Source: Nitrospirota bacterium
GTDB lineage: Bacteria; Nitrospirota; Nitrospiria; Nitrospirales; Nitrospiraceae
NCBI GenBank assembly: GCA_963701855.1
Contig: CAVPBK010000004.1
Span: forward strand, 32,001-96,000
Length of the DNA stretch: 64,000 nt
Reading direction: 5' to 3'
Shown here: positions 41,804-51,989 of the stretch, one piece after another
Layout: the number at the start of each line of letters is the position of its first letter
How positions within the stretch are numbered: the first letter of the stretch is position 1
Program-made: the position numbers and the translations under genes
Notes under the pieces: generated by a model
Database searches by the model: none
What the model saw: only the letters and a program-made list of their open reading frames with translations
Told to the model about the DNA's origin: nothing

Positions 41804-43810
41804 ATGAGCAATCCCAACAACTTCTACATCACAACGCCGATCTATTACGTAAACGACGTGCCACATATCGGACACGCCTATACCACCGTGGCCGCCGACG
41901 TACTTGCCCGCTACTGGCGCCTACGAGGACGTGAGGTCTTCTTTCTCACCGGGCTCGATGAACATGGGCAAAAAGTTCAGCAGGCCGCGGCCAAAGCCGG
42001 CATCGACCCGCAAGCGCATTGTGATAAGCTGGCACCCCGGTTTCAGGAACTCTGGAAACGGCTGAACATCTCGAACGATGCCTTCATCAGGACGACGGAT
42101 GCACCACACAAATCGGTCGTTCAACGATACCTTCAAGAGCTTTTTGATAAGCAGCTGATCTACAAGGCTGATTATATTGGATGGTATTGCACGTTTGATG
42201 AGCGGTTTTGGACCGAAAAAGACGTCGAGAACGGCCTCTGCCCTGATTGCAAACGGCCAGTCGAACGCATCAGCGAGCACAACTACTTCTTCAAGATGGG
42301 CCAGTATCAGGACCGCCTGATCGAACACATCAAGCAGCATCCGAACTTCATCCGCCCTGAGTCTCGCCGCAATGAAGTTTTGGGGTTCTTGACCACGCAG
42401 AAGCTCGGCGACCTGTCGATCTCACGACCCAAATCAAGACTCTCTTGGGGGATTGAGCTGCCGTTCGACAAAGACTACGTCACGTATGTTTGGTTCGACG
42501 CGCTCGTGAATTATGTCTCTGCCCTTGAATACCTGCCGAAAAAACCGGCGTTCGATCAGTTCTGGCCCGCGAATGTCCACCTGGTCGGCAAGGACATCCT
42601 CACGACTCATGCCGTCTACTGGTCCACGATGTTAATGGCACTGGACCTGCCCTTGCCGGAGACCATCTTTGCCCATGGCTGGTGGACCGTCGAAGGAGAG
42701 AAGATGTCGAAGAGTCGCGGCAACGTCGTCGACCCAAACAAGATGGTCGACGAATTCGGCGCCGACGCGTTCCGATATTTCTTGTTGCGCGAAGTGCCGT
42801 TTGGACAAGACGGAGATTTCTCAGAGCACGCGATGGCTAGACGGGTAAACAGTGACTTGGCCAACGGTATCGGCAACTTACTTAGCCGTACTTTGACCAT
42901 GATTGATCGCAATTGTGAAGGCACTATCCCTGACGTACACCAAGACTACCTTGAAAGAGAAAGCCAGAAATACCGCCTTCTCCTTTTCGCAAAGGAACAG
43001 CTTCTTATCTTGGGAAAGTCTCTTGATGGATTCTTCGAGGATCTTGAATTCAACAATCTACTCCTTCACATCACAAGCCGAGCTACAGACGTAGATATAT
43101 TTATTGATGAGCATGAACCATGGAGGCTCGCGAAAGATCCTGACAAACGCGAGGAACTTAACGCTGTCTTGTATACGGCAGCAGAATGCCTGCGCATTCT
43201 AAGCTTATACATCTATCCCGTGATGCCGAATACTGCGAGGAATGTCGCGGAGCAGTTAGGACTTGATATCAATTTTAGCTCGCCGCTCTTGAGCCAAGAG
43301 ATTAAGTGGGGCGAACTGCAAGGTGGAACAAAGATCCGAAAGGGCAGTTCACTTTTCCCCCGTATTGAAGCAAAACCACAAGGAGCAAAGACCGTGATCG
43401 AACCACCATCTACCCCTCAGCCAACACCCGCCGCACCGGCACCAGTGGCAGCCACAGCCCCTGCAGCACCGACACCCACAGCGCCAGCTCAGATCACCAT
43501 CGACGAGTTCATGAAGATTCAGCTCAAGACCGCGAGGGTCATCAGTGCGGAGCGCGTGCCGAAATCTGAAAAGCTCCTCAAACTTCAAGTCACAGTTGGC
43601 AATGAACAGCGGCAAATTGTGGCAGGCATCGGAAAGAAATACGAGCCGGAAGCATTGATCGGAAAAACTATCGTCATCGTTGCCAACTTGAAACCGGCGA
43701 AATTGATGGGCGTCGAGTCGCAAGGCATGGTCCTCGCGGCAGGTGACAGCGAGGTTCGAGGCCTCATCACGCTCCTTGAAGACGTCGAACCGGGCACGAA
43801 AGTGAAATGA
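41804..43810 (+). CDS. metG: Methionine--tRNA ligase with C-terminal tRNA-binding domain
   Basis: PHIGH, YVWFDAL, KMSKS, C-terminal OB fold (GVESQGM). Confidence 0.97.
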   Translation: MSNPNNFYITTPIYYVNDVPHIGHAYTTVAADVLARYWRLRGREVFFLTGLDEHGQKVQQAAAKAGIDPQAHCDKLAPRFQELWKRLNISNDAFIRTTDAPHKSVVQRYLQELFDKQLIYKADYIGWYCTFDERFWTEKDVENGLCPDCKRPVERISEHNYFFKMGQYQDRLIEHIKQHPNFIRPESRRNEVLGFLTTQKLGDLSISRPKSRLSWGIELPFDKDYVTYVWFDALVNYVSALEYLPKKPAFDQFWPANVHLVGKDILTTHAVYWSTMLMALDLPLPETIFAHGWWTVEGEKMSKSRGNVVDPNKMVDEFGADAFRYFLLREVPFGQDGDFSEHAMARRVNSDLANGIGNLLSRTLTMIDRNCEGTIPDVHQDYLERESQKYRLLLFAKEQLLILGKSLDGFFEDLEFNNLLLHITSRATDVDIFIDEHEPWRLAKDPDKREELNAVLYTAAECLRILSLYIYPVMPNTARNVAEQLGLDINFSSPLLSQEIKWGELQGGTKIRKGSSLFPRIEAKPQGAKTVIEPPSTPQPTPAAPAPVAATAPAAPTPTAPAQITIDEFMKIQLKTARVISAERVPKSEKLLKLQVTVGNEQRQIVAGIGKKYEPEALIGKTIVIVANLKPAKLMGVESQGMVLAAGDSEVRGLITLLEDVEPGTKVK

Positions 43811-44670
43811 CCCACCGCCTGCAGCTGATAGTGGCGGTTGCTGCATGTCTCATCCCGGCACCTTGCCTCGCAATCCCTGCCTCTGAAGCGCCTCCACCTG
43901 CCCTTCACCTCAACAACCCAATACAGACCACCATCCTCGTGCGCGTCGTGGCGCATGGCTCGATGGTCCTGGGCAAGAATGTCGGCGGCGCCCGCGTGAC
44001 GATCACCGACCTGGCTACCAAACAAATCCTAGCCGCCGGGATTCAACAAGGCGAAGCCGGCGACCAGAATCAAATCATGCGAACGCCGCGTCTCATGGAG
44101 GAGGCGCACTATAGCTCCCGGCCAGCCGCCGCGTTTACCGCGACATTCGGCTTACTCCAGCCCACACTGGTTGAAGTGACCGCCGAAGGCCCACTCGCCT
44201 ACCCCGCATCGTCTCAGCGAGCCTCGACGACAGTGTGGCTTATTCCCGGACAGGACATGACTAGCGACGGGGTTGTCCTACATCTCTACGGGTATATCGT
44301 CCAGATCGAACATCCGAAACAGAGCGAACCTCTGATCGCCAAAGACGACGTCCCCCTACGCGCATCCGTGCGCACATTATCCGGAGCACTGGTTCGCCCA
44401 CACGGGGACTGGGATTCCAGAAAGATCCACATCTACGGCGAGCTGATGATTGGCGACCGAGTGATCGAGCGACTTCAACTGTTCTACAGTGGAGAGCAAG
44501 CCACGTTCGAAGCCCCGTTCTTCGTTCCTCTCCAGAAAGATGCCCCTGACGGCATCACCCTCCGCGTAATTGCCGCCGATCCAGCCGGCGGCAACTTCGG
44601 TATCGGACAATCCAACTACCCAATCCTCAGCGAGCGCCTTCGCCAAAACCAGAAAAGCGAACCCCGCTGA
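43807..44670 (+). CDS. Secreted hypothetical protein
   Basis: Signal peptide; ATGA overlap with the metG stop; beta-rich. Confidence 0.75.
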   Translation: MTHRLQLIVAVAACLIPAPCLAIPASEAPPPALHLNNPIQTTILVRVVAHGSMVLGKNVGGARVTITDLATKQILAAGIQQGEAGDQNQIMRTPRLMEEAHYSSRPAAAFTATFGLLQPTLVEVTAEGPLAYPASSQRASTTVWLIPGQDMTSDGVVLHLYGYIVQIEHPKQSEPLIAKDDVPLRASVRTLSGALVRPHGDWDSRKIHIYGELMIGDRVIERLQLFYSGEQATFEAPFFVPLQKDAPDGITLRVIAADPAGGNFGIGQSNYPILSERLRQNQKSEPR

Positions 44671-44685
44671 TACGGAAAGTCTCCG

Positions 44686-44887
44686 GCAGGCTGCGGAAAA
44701 CTCGGTTTATAGATAAAACACCTCTGAACTCTCACAGAATGGTGCTGATGCCACAATGGTTCAGGATGCTCAAAAAGGCCTTCCAGCAAGGCCGTAGCGA
44801 GTGAGGAACCGGAGGCGTACCCTCTGGGGTACGTTGAGGATCTGAACGATGCGAGAACGAAGCTGGCGGACTTTTTCAGCATCCTGC
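44686..44887. mobile_element. MITE-like element (family A)
   Basis: Inner TIR pair caggatgctcaaaaa (44762) / tttttcagcatcctg (44886), outer end gcaggctgcggaaaa (44686); inverted homolog at 50003-50194. Confidence 0.8.
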
Positions 44888-44931
44888 TAGAACGCTTGCC
44901 GCCTCGTCGCTCACATGCGACACTAGTAGTT

Positions 44932-45876
44932 ATGACCACTCTTGCCTCCTATGCACATCTTCGCAACCGTTTGTACCTCGCCCTGGCGCTGAATGCGGCG
45001 ATCATTGCCGCTGAATTCATCGGCGGATGGATACTCAACAGCATCGGGCTCATGGGCGATGCAGGCCATAACTTCGTCGACCAGGGTGCGCTCTTTCTTG
45101 CCCTCTATGCCCATATTCTCACCGCCAGGCCTGCAACAGAAGCCAGAACATTTGGGTATCACCGAGCCGGCATCATTGCCGCGTTCTTGAATTCATTCAT
45201 CCTGTTGCTCACGGCCGCCGGTATCGCACTCGTGGGACTCAACCGGCTGCTGCAGCCGGTTCCGGTGGACGGCGGCTGGGTCATGGCAATCGCCGCCCTG
45301 AGCTTCGCAGCCAACCTGAGCATCGCTCTCCTGTTACAGCACGGAGCCAAAAATGATCTCAATATCCGCAGCGCCTTTTGGCACCTGCTGGGTGATGCCT
45401 GGGTGTCCCTGGGTGTCGTGATCAGCGGTGGGGCCATCTTATTGACTGGATGGACCATTCTCGATCCGCTGATCAGTTTGCTGGTCGTCGTAGCCATCAC
45501 AAAATGGGCTTGGCCATTGTTTAAGGAATCGCTGGATGTCTTGTTGGAATCGACTCCGCCAAAGATCAGCGCCTCACATGTGGCTGCGACCATCGAGGCG
45601 ATCCCAGGCGTGAAAAACGTCCACGACCTCCACATCTGGGCGGTGGAGCCTCGGTTGATTATGATGACCTGTCATATCCTCGTCGATGGAGATGATTCAG
45701 CCATGACCAATGATCTGCTTCACGCCATCCGCGCCAAAGTCAGCACAGATTTCGGCATCAAACATCTGACGATTCAGATGGGAACCGCCTGTTGCCAACC
45801 TGACGAGATCCACTGCGATCTCACCACATTGGCAAAGCAGCACCAGGATGAAGGGCTCGTGCATGTGCACCACTGA
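44932..45876 (+). CDS. Cation diffusion facilitator (CzcD/ZitB-like) transporter
   Basis: DAGHNFVD, TFGYHR, HLLGD, HDLHIW, HLTIQ. Confidence 0.92.
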   Translation: MTTLASYAHLRNRLYLALALNAAIIAAEFIGGWILNSIGLMGDAGHNFVDQGALFLALYAHILTARPATEARTFGYHRAGIIAAFLNSFILLLTAAGIALVGLNRLLQPVPVDGGWVMAIAALSFAANLSIALLLQHGAKNDLNIRSAFWHLLGDAWVSLGVVISGGAILLTGWTILDPLISLLVVVAITKWAWPLFKESLDVLLESTPPKISASHVAATIEAIPGVKNVHDLHIWAVEPRLIMMTCHILVDGDDSAMTNDLLHAIRAKVSTDFGIKHLTIQMGTACCQPDEIHCDLTTLAKQHQDEGLVHVHH

Positions 45877-46058
45877 GTTATCCAGGATCCTGTGCGACAT
45901 TGTCATTCGGAGGAGCCCAGCCCGCATTATTTATGACAGTTCGTCGAGAAATCTCGTAGCAAGATCAGCATGCGAGGTAGCACTTACTGATTGCCTTGGT
46001 CGCTATGGTGCAGGAAAAAACCAGACGTATCAGGGTGGGGTGGCTCTATTTCCGCGCC

Positions 46059-46170
46059 CAGGATGCTCAAAAAGGCCATCCAGCGAGCCGTGAGACATGA
46101 ATCGTTAAAAGTCAGAGGTTGCGGAGGAAGAGCACTCGACTATCCTACGTTTCACGTTTAACCTTTCACG
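46059..46170. repeat. Family A end (caggatgctcaaaaaggcc) fused to a family E heptamer palindrome
   Basis: Shares the spacer gaggaagagcactcg..cctacgtttcacg with 23482-23572. Confidence 0.75.
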
Positions 46171-46180
46171 TGTTTTAAGC

Positions 46181-46996
46181 TCAGGCTTGTTCGACCGGTT
46201 CGTGGATCAGCTCCCCGTTAGTCTCTACCTCGAAGGCCACCACAGCCTCACCTTCTGCAAGATCATTCATGGCAGAAAACTCTTCTGAGAAGTGCGTCTC
46301 GGAGGTCTCGGCTACCACCAGTGGCTCTTCTTCAATCGGCAGGAGGGCCTGCTCGGATGCGCCAAGTTCTTTGAATTCACGCAACGGTGGGAGCTGGCTC
46401 AAATCCTGTAACCCGAAATGCTCAAGAAAAAACTTGGTCGTCCCATACATGATCGGCCGGCCAGGCACGTCTTTTCGCCCGACGATCCGCACCAGCTTGC
46501 GCTCGCATAATGTACGCAGGACACCGGACGTTTCGACACCACGGATCTCTTCGATCTCAGACCGCACGAGCGGCTGTTTATAGGCAATAATGGCGAGAGA
46601 TTCGAGCGCGGAGCGTGAAAGTTTTTGCACCGCCTTGGCTTTATCCATCCGCTTCAGCCAGGGCCCATATTCCTGCTTCGTCACGAGCCGATATCCGCCT
46701 GCGACCTGCACAAGCTGAATGCCTCGCCCGTTCTGATCTAAATCGTGTGTGAGAATCCCCAGGGCCTGAACGACTTCGGCTTTTGAGACTGTTCCCACGA
46801 TAGACATCAGTCGAGCAACCGGCACCGGTTCGGGCGACACGAACAAGACGGCTTCAAGAATGGCTTTGAGTTCCCGCGCGTCGATGACCTCTGCTTGGCT
46901 GTTCACTGCCTCGCCCGGCACTCTGCTGTCTTCAACCGCCGACACCGTCTCGGCAAGAGCGATATCTTCAGTTTCTTGTTCCACAGTTGAGTTCAT
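46181..46996 (-). CDS. scpB: SMC-Scp complex subunit ScpB
   Basis: LEAVLF, LSRSALESLAIIAYKQP, IRGV, GRP..YGTT..FLEHFGL. Confidence 0.95.
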   Translation of the reverse strand: MNSTVEQETEDIALAETVSAVEDSRVPGEAVNSQAEVIDARELKAILEAVLFVSPEPVPVARLMSIVGTVSKAEVVQALGILTHDLDQNGRGIQLVQVAGGYRLVTKQEYGPWLKRMDKAKAVQKLSRSALESLAIIAYKQPLVRSEIEEIRGVETSGVLRTLCERKLVRIVGRKDVPGRPIMYGTTKFFLEHFGLQDLSQLPPLREFKELGASEQALLPIEEEPLVVAETSETHFSEEFSAMNDLAEGEAVVAFEVETNGELIHEPVEQA

Positions 46997-47838
46997 ACTC
47001 CCCTCCATTCAGCATCGTCCAATTCTGCCGGGTCTGGCACCAGTGAGAAGGCGCGCGACACGAGAATCGGCCCGAAATGTTCCGGCTGGAATACCCGGGC
47101 CGTTCGAAGCCGAATCAGTTCCAGCAACGCCAAAAATGTCACAATGATGACAAGACGGTGACAGGACGGCTCGAAGAGCGCGACAAAACTCACCGACTCC
47201 TGCCCTTCCAACATTTCCAAAATCGCGTTCATCCGCTCCCGAACCGTTACGTTATCCGGCAAAATCTCCATGAACTTCTTGCCGGGATTGCGATCGAGAA
47301 TTCCCTGCAATACATCCACTAAATCGAACAGGCTGACATTGTCCAGCAGCGTCTCTTCCGATTCCAATTCAACCACCGGGCTCTGCTCACGACTGTAAAT
47401 CTCCCGCCACAATTGCTCATGTTCATCCAACTGACGGGCAGCCTCTTTGAACTGTTTGTACTCGAGCAACCGCCGCACCAATTCCTCTCGGGGATCTGGT
47501 CCGTCTTCCTCATCGACGACCGTCTCATCTGCGGGAAGCAGCATCTTGGATTTGATCTGGAGCAACGTCGCCGCCATCACAAGAAATTCCCCCGCGACAG
47601 TCAAGTTCAGGTCTTCCATCGCCTCAATATATGTAAGATATTGCTGAGCAATCAGATGGATAGGAATGTCGTAAATATTGATCTCGCTCTTCTTAATGAG
47701 ATGGAGCAAGAGATCGAGGGGGCCCTCAAAGTTCTCGATGCGAACTTGGTAGGGTAGTTCGGTTTGTTCCGAGGCGTCGAAGTGGTTATCCACAAGCGGA
47801 CTTATACCAGACTTGGGGGAGACGGAGCAAGCTTCCAT
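46993..47838 (-). CDS. scpA: Segregation and condensation protein ScpA
   Basis: FEGPLDLLLHLI, FLVMAATLLQIKSKMLLP, FLALLEL. Confidence 0.95.
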   Translation of the reverse strand: MEACSVSPKSGISPLVDNHFDASEQTELPYQVRIENFEGPLDLLLHLIKKSEINIYDIPIHLIAQQYLTYIEAMEDLNLTVAGEFLVMAATLLQIKSKMLLPADETVVDEEDGPDPREELVRRLLEYKQFKEAARQLDEHEQLWREIYSREQSPVVELESEETLLDNVSLFDLVDVLQGILDRNPGKKFMEILPDNVTVRERMNAILEMLEGQESVSFVALFEPSCHRLVIIVTFLALLELIRLRTARVFQPEHFGPILVSRAFSLVPDPAELDDAEWRGV

Positions 47839-47867
47839 CTATTAGTAGTGGTGAGCCAAGAAGAGAC

Positions 47868-48935
47868 CTACGCGCTACCGCGACGAACTCGGTAGATAAT
47901 CAGCAGGGCGCCGAACGTCAGAAGAATGAACATAACCGCGTACTGTATGATCGCATTATCACGCTCTGGGGGGGCCTGTACGGTCGCCGATCTGGCCGCT
48001 CTGGTAAACTGTGAACCCTTTTCAAACGACGTTGTGGAAAAGTCGTCTCGGCCCTTAAAGGACGCATCGGAGAAATCTGCTGTTGATCGGAACGTGGCCC
48101 GGCGAAAGTCCGCATCGTGGTCGAACTGTGTAAAGGTAAAAAAGGCCTCACGGTCGAACGATGCGTCGGAAAAGTCTGCCAGGCCTTGGAAACGGCTCCC
48201 AGAAAACCCGGTACCCAACTTGAAATAGGTGCGCGATAGATTCGCATCCTTCTCGAAGCCTGCTTCCAAAAACTCCGCCATCCCGTTAAACCTCGACTGC
48301 TGGAACGTAACCGGCCCCTGGAAGACAGAACGGTGGAATCTCGTATGCGGGCCAAACGCCGTTTTCTCAGCAAACAGACCGCGTAGAAACCGGCCCTGCA
48401 CAAAATAGCTCTCTTTCATAAATGCCGCGCCTGACAACGTCACCGGCTGAATGAACACTGCGCGCGAAAGATCCACCACCTGCTCAAACCTCGTCCCGCT
48501 GAACGTTACAGGCCCCTTCACCACCAATAGCCCTTGTGACGATCTATGCTTGATCGCTCCGCGCACTACCGAATTGACGATCATCATGGAGCCTGGAATC
48601 ACGCGTACCTCGTGTCCCTGCAGCTCCTTCATTCCCTCAAACTCTGGCGGCAACGGACTCACTGGCAACGCATCCAGGGACAGATCGCCAAGAATGACCA
48701 CCCCTGAGAGATCGATCCCCTTCCCTTCCCTGAGTGCCTGCAGCAGCTGCGCCGCATCCATCGCTCGCGCCTCCCGCTCTTGCTCCGCACAGCCGGCGCC
48801 CAGATGACGTGTCAACGCCGTTTTCGGCCCTGAAGTAGGCGTCTCAACCTGACAGTTCGAGGCAGCGGCACCAAGTGGAAACCAGAGAAGGGCCAGCCCA
48901 CTCACCACAATCCATTCAAATATTCGATTCATCAT
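47868..48935 (-). CDS. Pentapeptide-repeat-like surface protein with signal peptide and C-terminal TM anchor
   Basis: Repeated F-x-x-A/S-x-F units (ADFSDASF, ADFRRATF); C-terminal hydrophobic helix + RVRR. Confidence 0.8.
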   Translation of the reverse strand: MMNRIFEWIVVSGLALLWFPLGAAASNCQVETPTSGPKTALTRHLGAGCAEQEREARAMDAAQLLQALREGKGIDLSGVVILGDLSLDALPVSPLPPEFEGMKELQGHEVRVIPGSMMIVNSVVRGAIKHRSSQGLLVVKGPVTFSGTRFEQVVDLSRAVFIQPVTLSGAAFMKESYFVQGRFLRGLFAEKTAFGPHTRFHRSVFQGPVTFQQSRFNGMAEFLEAGFEKDANLSRTYFKLGTGFSGSRFQGLADFSDASFDREAFFTFTQFDHDADFRRATFRSTADFSDASFKGRDDFSTTSFEKGSQFTRAARSATVQAPPERDNAIIQYAVMFILLTFGALLIIYRVRRGSA

Positions 48936-48948
48936 GCACGCCCTTAAT

Positions 48949-49141
48949 CAGGATGCTGAAAAAGCCCGCCAGCGTGTTTTGTTCTTTTGGTCTGTTCGGT
49001 CTATCCGGTCTGTCTCGTTTATTCGGTTGAACTAGGCCAACCAGAGAGACCAGTTGAACCTGAAAGACCAGACAGACCTGGCATGTCCCAGACGTGCAGG
49101 CCAGTGAGACTCCACCTGCCCGCAGAGCTTTGTGCAGCCTG
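48949..49141. mobile_element. Family A shell containing a family D 9-bp palindrome
   Basis: caggatgctgaaaaa ... tttgtgcagcctg ends; internal 48975-49099 matches 20086-20209. Confidence 0.7.
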
Positions 49142-49356
49142 TTATACGGAATGCCCTACTCCAACGCAAGGCAAGGCAAGGCAAAAACCGTCAAATCGCT
49201 ATACTGCTCAAACGAATTTGCTACACTTTTGCGAGCAGACAACTGAAATTTGAACGATGAACGCGGAAGGTTGACGCAACAATCGTTTCCTTCTCCATCG
49301 CTCACCGTTCAGCATTTCTTAGCCTGCAACTTTTCCCGCATCCTGCATGGGGGGTC

Positions 49357-50001
49357 ATGATGCCACGCCATCTTGCGATTTATATACTGATTGCCACACT
49401 CCTTTGTGGAATCCCGGTCTCAGTCTCGGCAAACAATGTCGTTGAACTTCCGGTCCTGGCGGCCATTCGCCAAAATAATCTCGGCGTGTTCGAAATCCTG
49501 ATGATATGGTGGGACAAGAAACAGGAACCGAATCCTGTTCAACTACAATGGCTCCTCGCAGGCGTTCGACTGGGAGACGATCATCTTGGCGCCATGTCTC
49601 AGGCCTTTGCCTATGCGGTCGAACGCACACCTTCGGTCCAGCATAGCGGAACTGTCTCAGTGCAAGGAGTAACCTATCGACCCACAGGCAGTGACGGGCC
49701 AAGCGCCGGCGCAGCGATGGCCGTGGGATTCATCGCCATGTTCAAGGGGGAACAGATTCAACGGGGCATTGCCCTGACCGGAACCATTGAACCAGGCGGG
49801 CAGATCGGCCCGGTGGGCAGCATCCCTGACAAGATTCGCGCCGCAGCACGGGAAGGCTATCGCACTGTGTTGGTTCCACGCGGGCAGATGCATGACCCAC
49901 GGTGGAACCTGATAGAATTGGGATTTCAGCTCAATATGACGGTGAAAGAAGTTGATACGATCGATGAGGCATATGCGCTCATGACAGGCCAACGAATTTA
50001 A
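49357..50001 (+). CDS. Secreted Lon-protease (S16) catalytic domain protein
   Basis: Signal peptide, DGPSAG (catalytic Ser), ALTGTI..G.IGPVG..DKIRAA (Lys); no AAA+ domain. Confidence 0.85.
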   Translation: MMPRHLAIYILIATLLCGIPVSVSANNVVELPVLAAIRQNNLGVFEILMIWWDKKQEPNPVQLQWLLAGVRLGDDHLGAMSQAFAYAVERTPSVQHSGTVSVQGVTYRPTGSDGPSAGAAMAVGFIAMFKGEQIQRGIALTGTIEPGGQIGPVGSIPDKIRAAAREGYRTVLVPRGQMHDPRWNLIELGFQLNMTVKEVDTIDEAYALMTGQRI

Positions 50002-50002
50002 T

Positions 50003-50194
50003 GCAGGGTGCTGAAAAAGTCCATTAGCGGCGTTCTCGCATCGTTCAGACCCTCAACGGGGACCCGTCCGCCTCACCACTCGGCGGCGTGCACAGACTTG
50101 GTGCTCCTTATTCGTCGCACCGTGCGCCCCACAGGGTACGCCTCGGTCTTTCGCTCGCTGCAGCCTTGCTGAACGGCCTTTTTGAGCATCCTGC
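50003..50194. mobile_element. MITE-like element (family A) with about 65-bp internal insert
   Basis: gcagggtgctgaaaaa ... tttttgagcatcctgc; colinear with the reverse complement of 44762-44886. Confidence 0.85.
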
Positions 50195-50640
50195 TAAGCC
50201 CTGACTCCGTGTATTATTGCGTCATACTCTGCTTGCGTCAATCGATGCATGCCCAGCCTCAATCGTCGAGTAAGTTCGGCGTGATCGGTAATCTGCAACA
50301 CAGTGAGCAACAACGCCTGACTCGCAGCAGACGAGCAGGCCAACCGGCGCACCCCATCGATTCGCACAAAGCCAAATCTAGCCTCAGTTCTTAGTTCGTC
50401 GCTGAGGAACGCATCCAACACGGAGAAGTCCAACACGGGCGGCACAATCTGAAATTCGGCACAGAGCCCAGCCTTCAGCACATACACAAGGCCGCGGGAC
50501 TCCCTATCGAGATAGGCTTGAAGATTCGTCCTGATTAGCCCGGTACAGAGTCCCCAAAGACCGTGCCCAAGTTGCAGCTCAGCGCTTTCATCCGAGGTAC
50601 GCTCGCGCAAGGCTCCGGCCACGAACAAAAAATGATTCAT
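50194..50640 (-). CDS. Hypothetical protein, possibly EVE/PUA-like
   Basis: GLWGL..GLVYV..GMHRLTQAEYDAI resembles the EVE-domain pattern (inference). Confidence 0.5.
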   Translation of the reverse strand: MNHFLFVAGALRERTSDESAELQLGHGLWGLCTGLIRTNLQAYLDRESRGLVYVLKAGLCAEFQIVPPVLDFSVLDAFLSDELRTEARFGFVRIDGVRRLACSSAASQALLLTVLQITDHAELTRRLRLGMHRLTQAEYDAIIHGVRA

Positions 50641-50777
50641 TGGAAATTCGTCGCAGAGTATTCGGCGGGAGAATAATACACAAATGGAATGGACGCCATG
50701 TTACCAGAAAACACTCACCTCGCCATCCATCTGGACGACTCGACCGAGCCGTCCAGAGTAGGCATTCCATGCGAGTG

Positions 50778-51254
50778 TCAGTGCGTGTGGTAATCGTCTG
50801 CGTCGTCTAGCAGGCCTTCCGGTTTTTCAGGAAGATCGGCGTCTTCATCTTCCCCATCCAGTGTGAGTTCCTCTTCCACATCTTCGTCGCCCTCAACGCC
50901 AATGTCCACATCGTCCTCGCCCAGTTCTTCGTCAAGATCGGGATCTTTTAGCGCCTGCGACCCCATCGGCTGCAATGACGAGGACTTCTTAGGCTCCTCA
51001 TCCGCGAACGACTTCATGGGTTTTTTGTCGAGAGCCGGAGCCGCCGGTTTCCTTTGAGCCGCCTTGGGTGCCGTTATCATGGCCTTCTTGGCGGTCTTCT
51101 TGGTAACTTTCTTGGCCGTTTTCATTTTAGCCGGTTTCTTGGCTACTTTCTTGGCTGCCTTCTTGGCTGCCTTCTTCACTGTAGCCTTTGCTTTGGTTTT
51201 CGCTTTAGCCTTCGCAGGTGTTTTCTTCGCCGGCTTTTTCTTGTTCTTCGCCAT
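50778..51254 (-). CDS. Histone H1-like Lys/Ala-rich protein with acidic C-terminal tail
   Basis: KKAAKKAAKKVAKK repeats, then D/E-rich tail; GGAG RBS. Confidence 0.8.
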   Translation of the reverse strand: MAKNKKKPAKKTPAKAKAKTKAKATVKKAAKKAAKKVAKKPAKMKTAKKVTKKTAKKAMITAPKAAQRKPAAPALDKKPMKSFADEEPKKSSSLQPMGSQALKDPDLDEELGEDDVDIGVEGDEDVEEELTLDGEDEDADLPEKPEGLLDDADDYHTH

Positions 51255-51614
51255 CGATTTTCTCCTCCCTCATCCATTGGATGTCTGACGTGGTCTCCAT
51301 CTAGCATAACTTTTTAGATCTTGCAACTCACACTTCACAGCCTCTCACAGGATGGTAACAAATACTCTCTCCTCACCCCGCCAGACCCAGCCTTGTCCAT
51401 CACCGTGAGTGCAAGCAAAGACCAGGATCCGGAAGGGCAACGAGTGAGACAATTGTGGAACTGCCACATCGACTCCCTGGGTTGATTTCCAACGGATGGG
51501 AGAATCCTACAAACAAGCCACAACGTCAAGGGGTACGCCAAGAATCTTTCCTGGTTGACACTACTTTCCCTCTTAGTCCACATAGTAAAATACAATCGCC
51601 GTACGAGAACAACT

Positions 51615-51989
51615 ATGAAAACATGGATCATCATCGCCGTCTTATCGCTGGGACTCTTCACAGCCTGGCCAACCACCGCCACGCCGCCGTACACCGCCAT
51701 CATCATCGATAGCGGGTCACCCTATTTCGTCCCGAAGTCAGCCACCGTGTCCAGCGGAGCCCCCATCAGATGGAACAACCCCACAGCCACCGAACACACG
51801 ATCACCCATGTGGGCTGTTTAGAAGGCGGAACGGTCTGCGCATTCGATTCCGGAATCGTCCGGCCAAACGGCAGCTTTACACTTCCAGGGTTGGCTCCCG
51901 GTCACTACCCCTACCTCTGCCGCATCCATCCCATCATGCACGGAATCATTACCGTAACCGATGTAGCTACGTTCCCCTCCCAGCTCTAG
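51615..51989 (+). CDS. Cupredoxin (plastocyanin/amicyanin-like) periplasmic protein
   Basis: Signal peptide, HTIT..YLCRIHPIMHG type-1 copper ligands H/C/H/M. Confidence 0.88.
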   Translation: MKTWIIIAVLSLGLFTAWPTTATPPYTAIIIDSGSPYFVPKSATVSSGAPIRWNNPTATEHTITHVGCLEGGTVCAFDSGIVRPNGSFTLPGLAPGHYPYLCRIHPIMHGIITVTDVATFPSQL

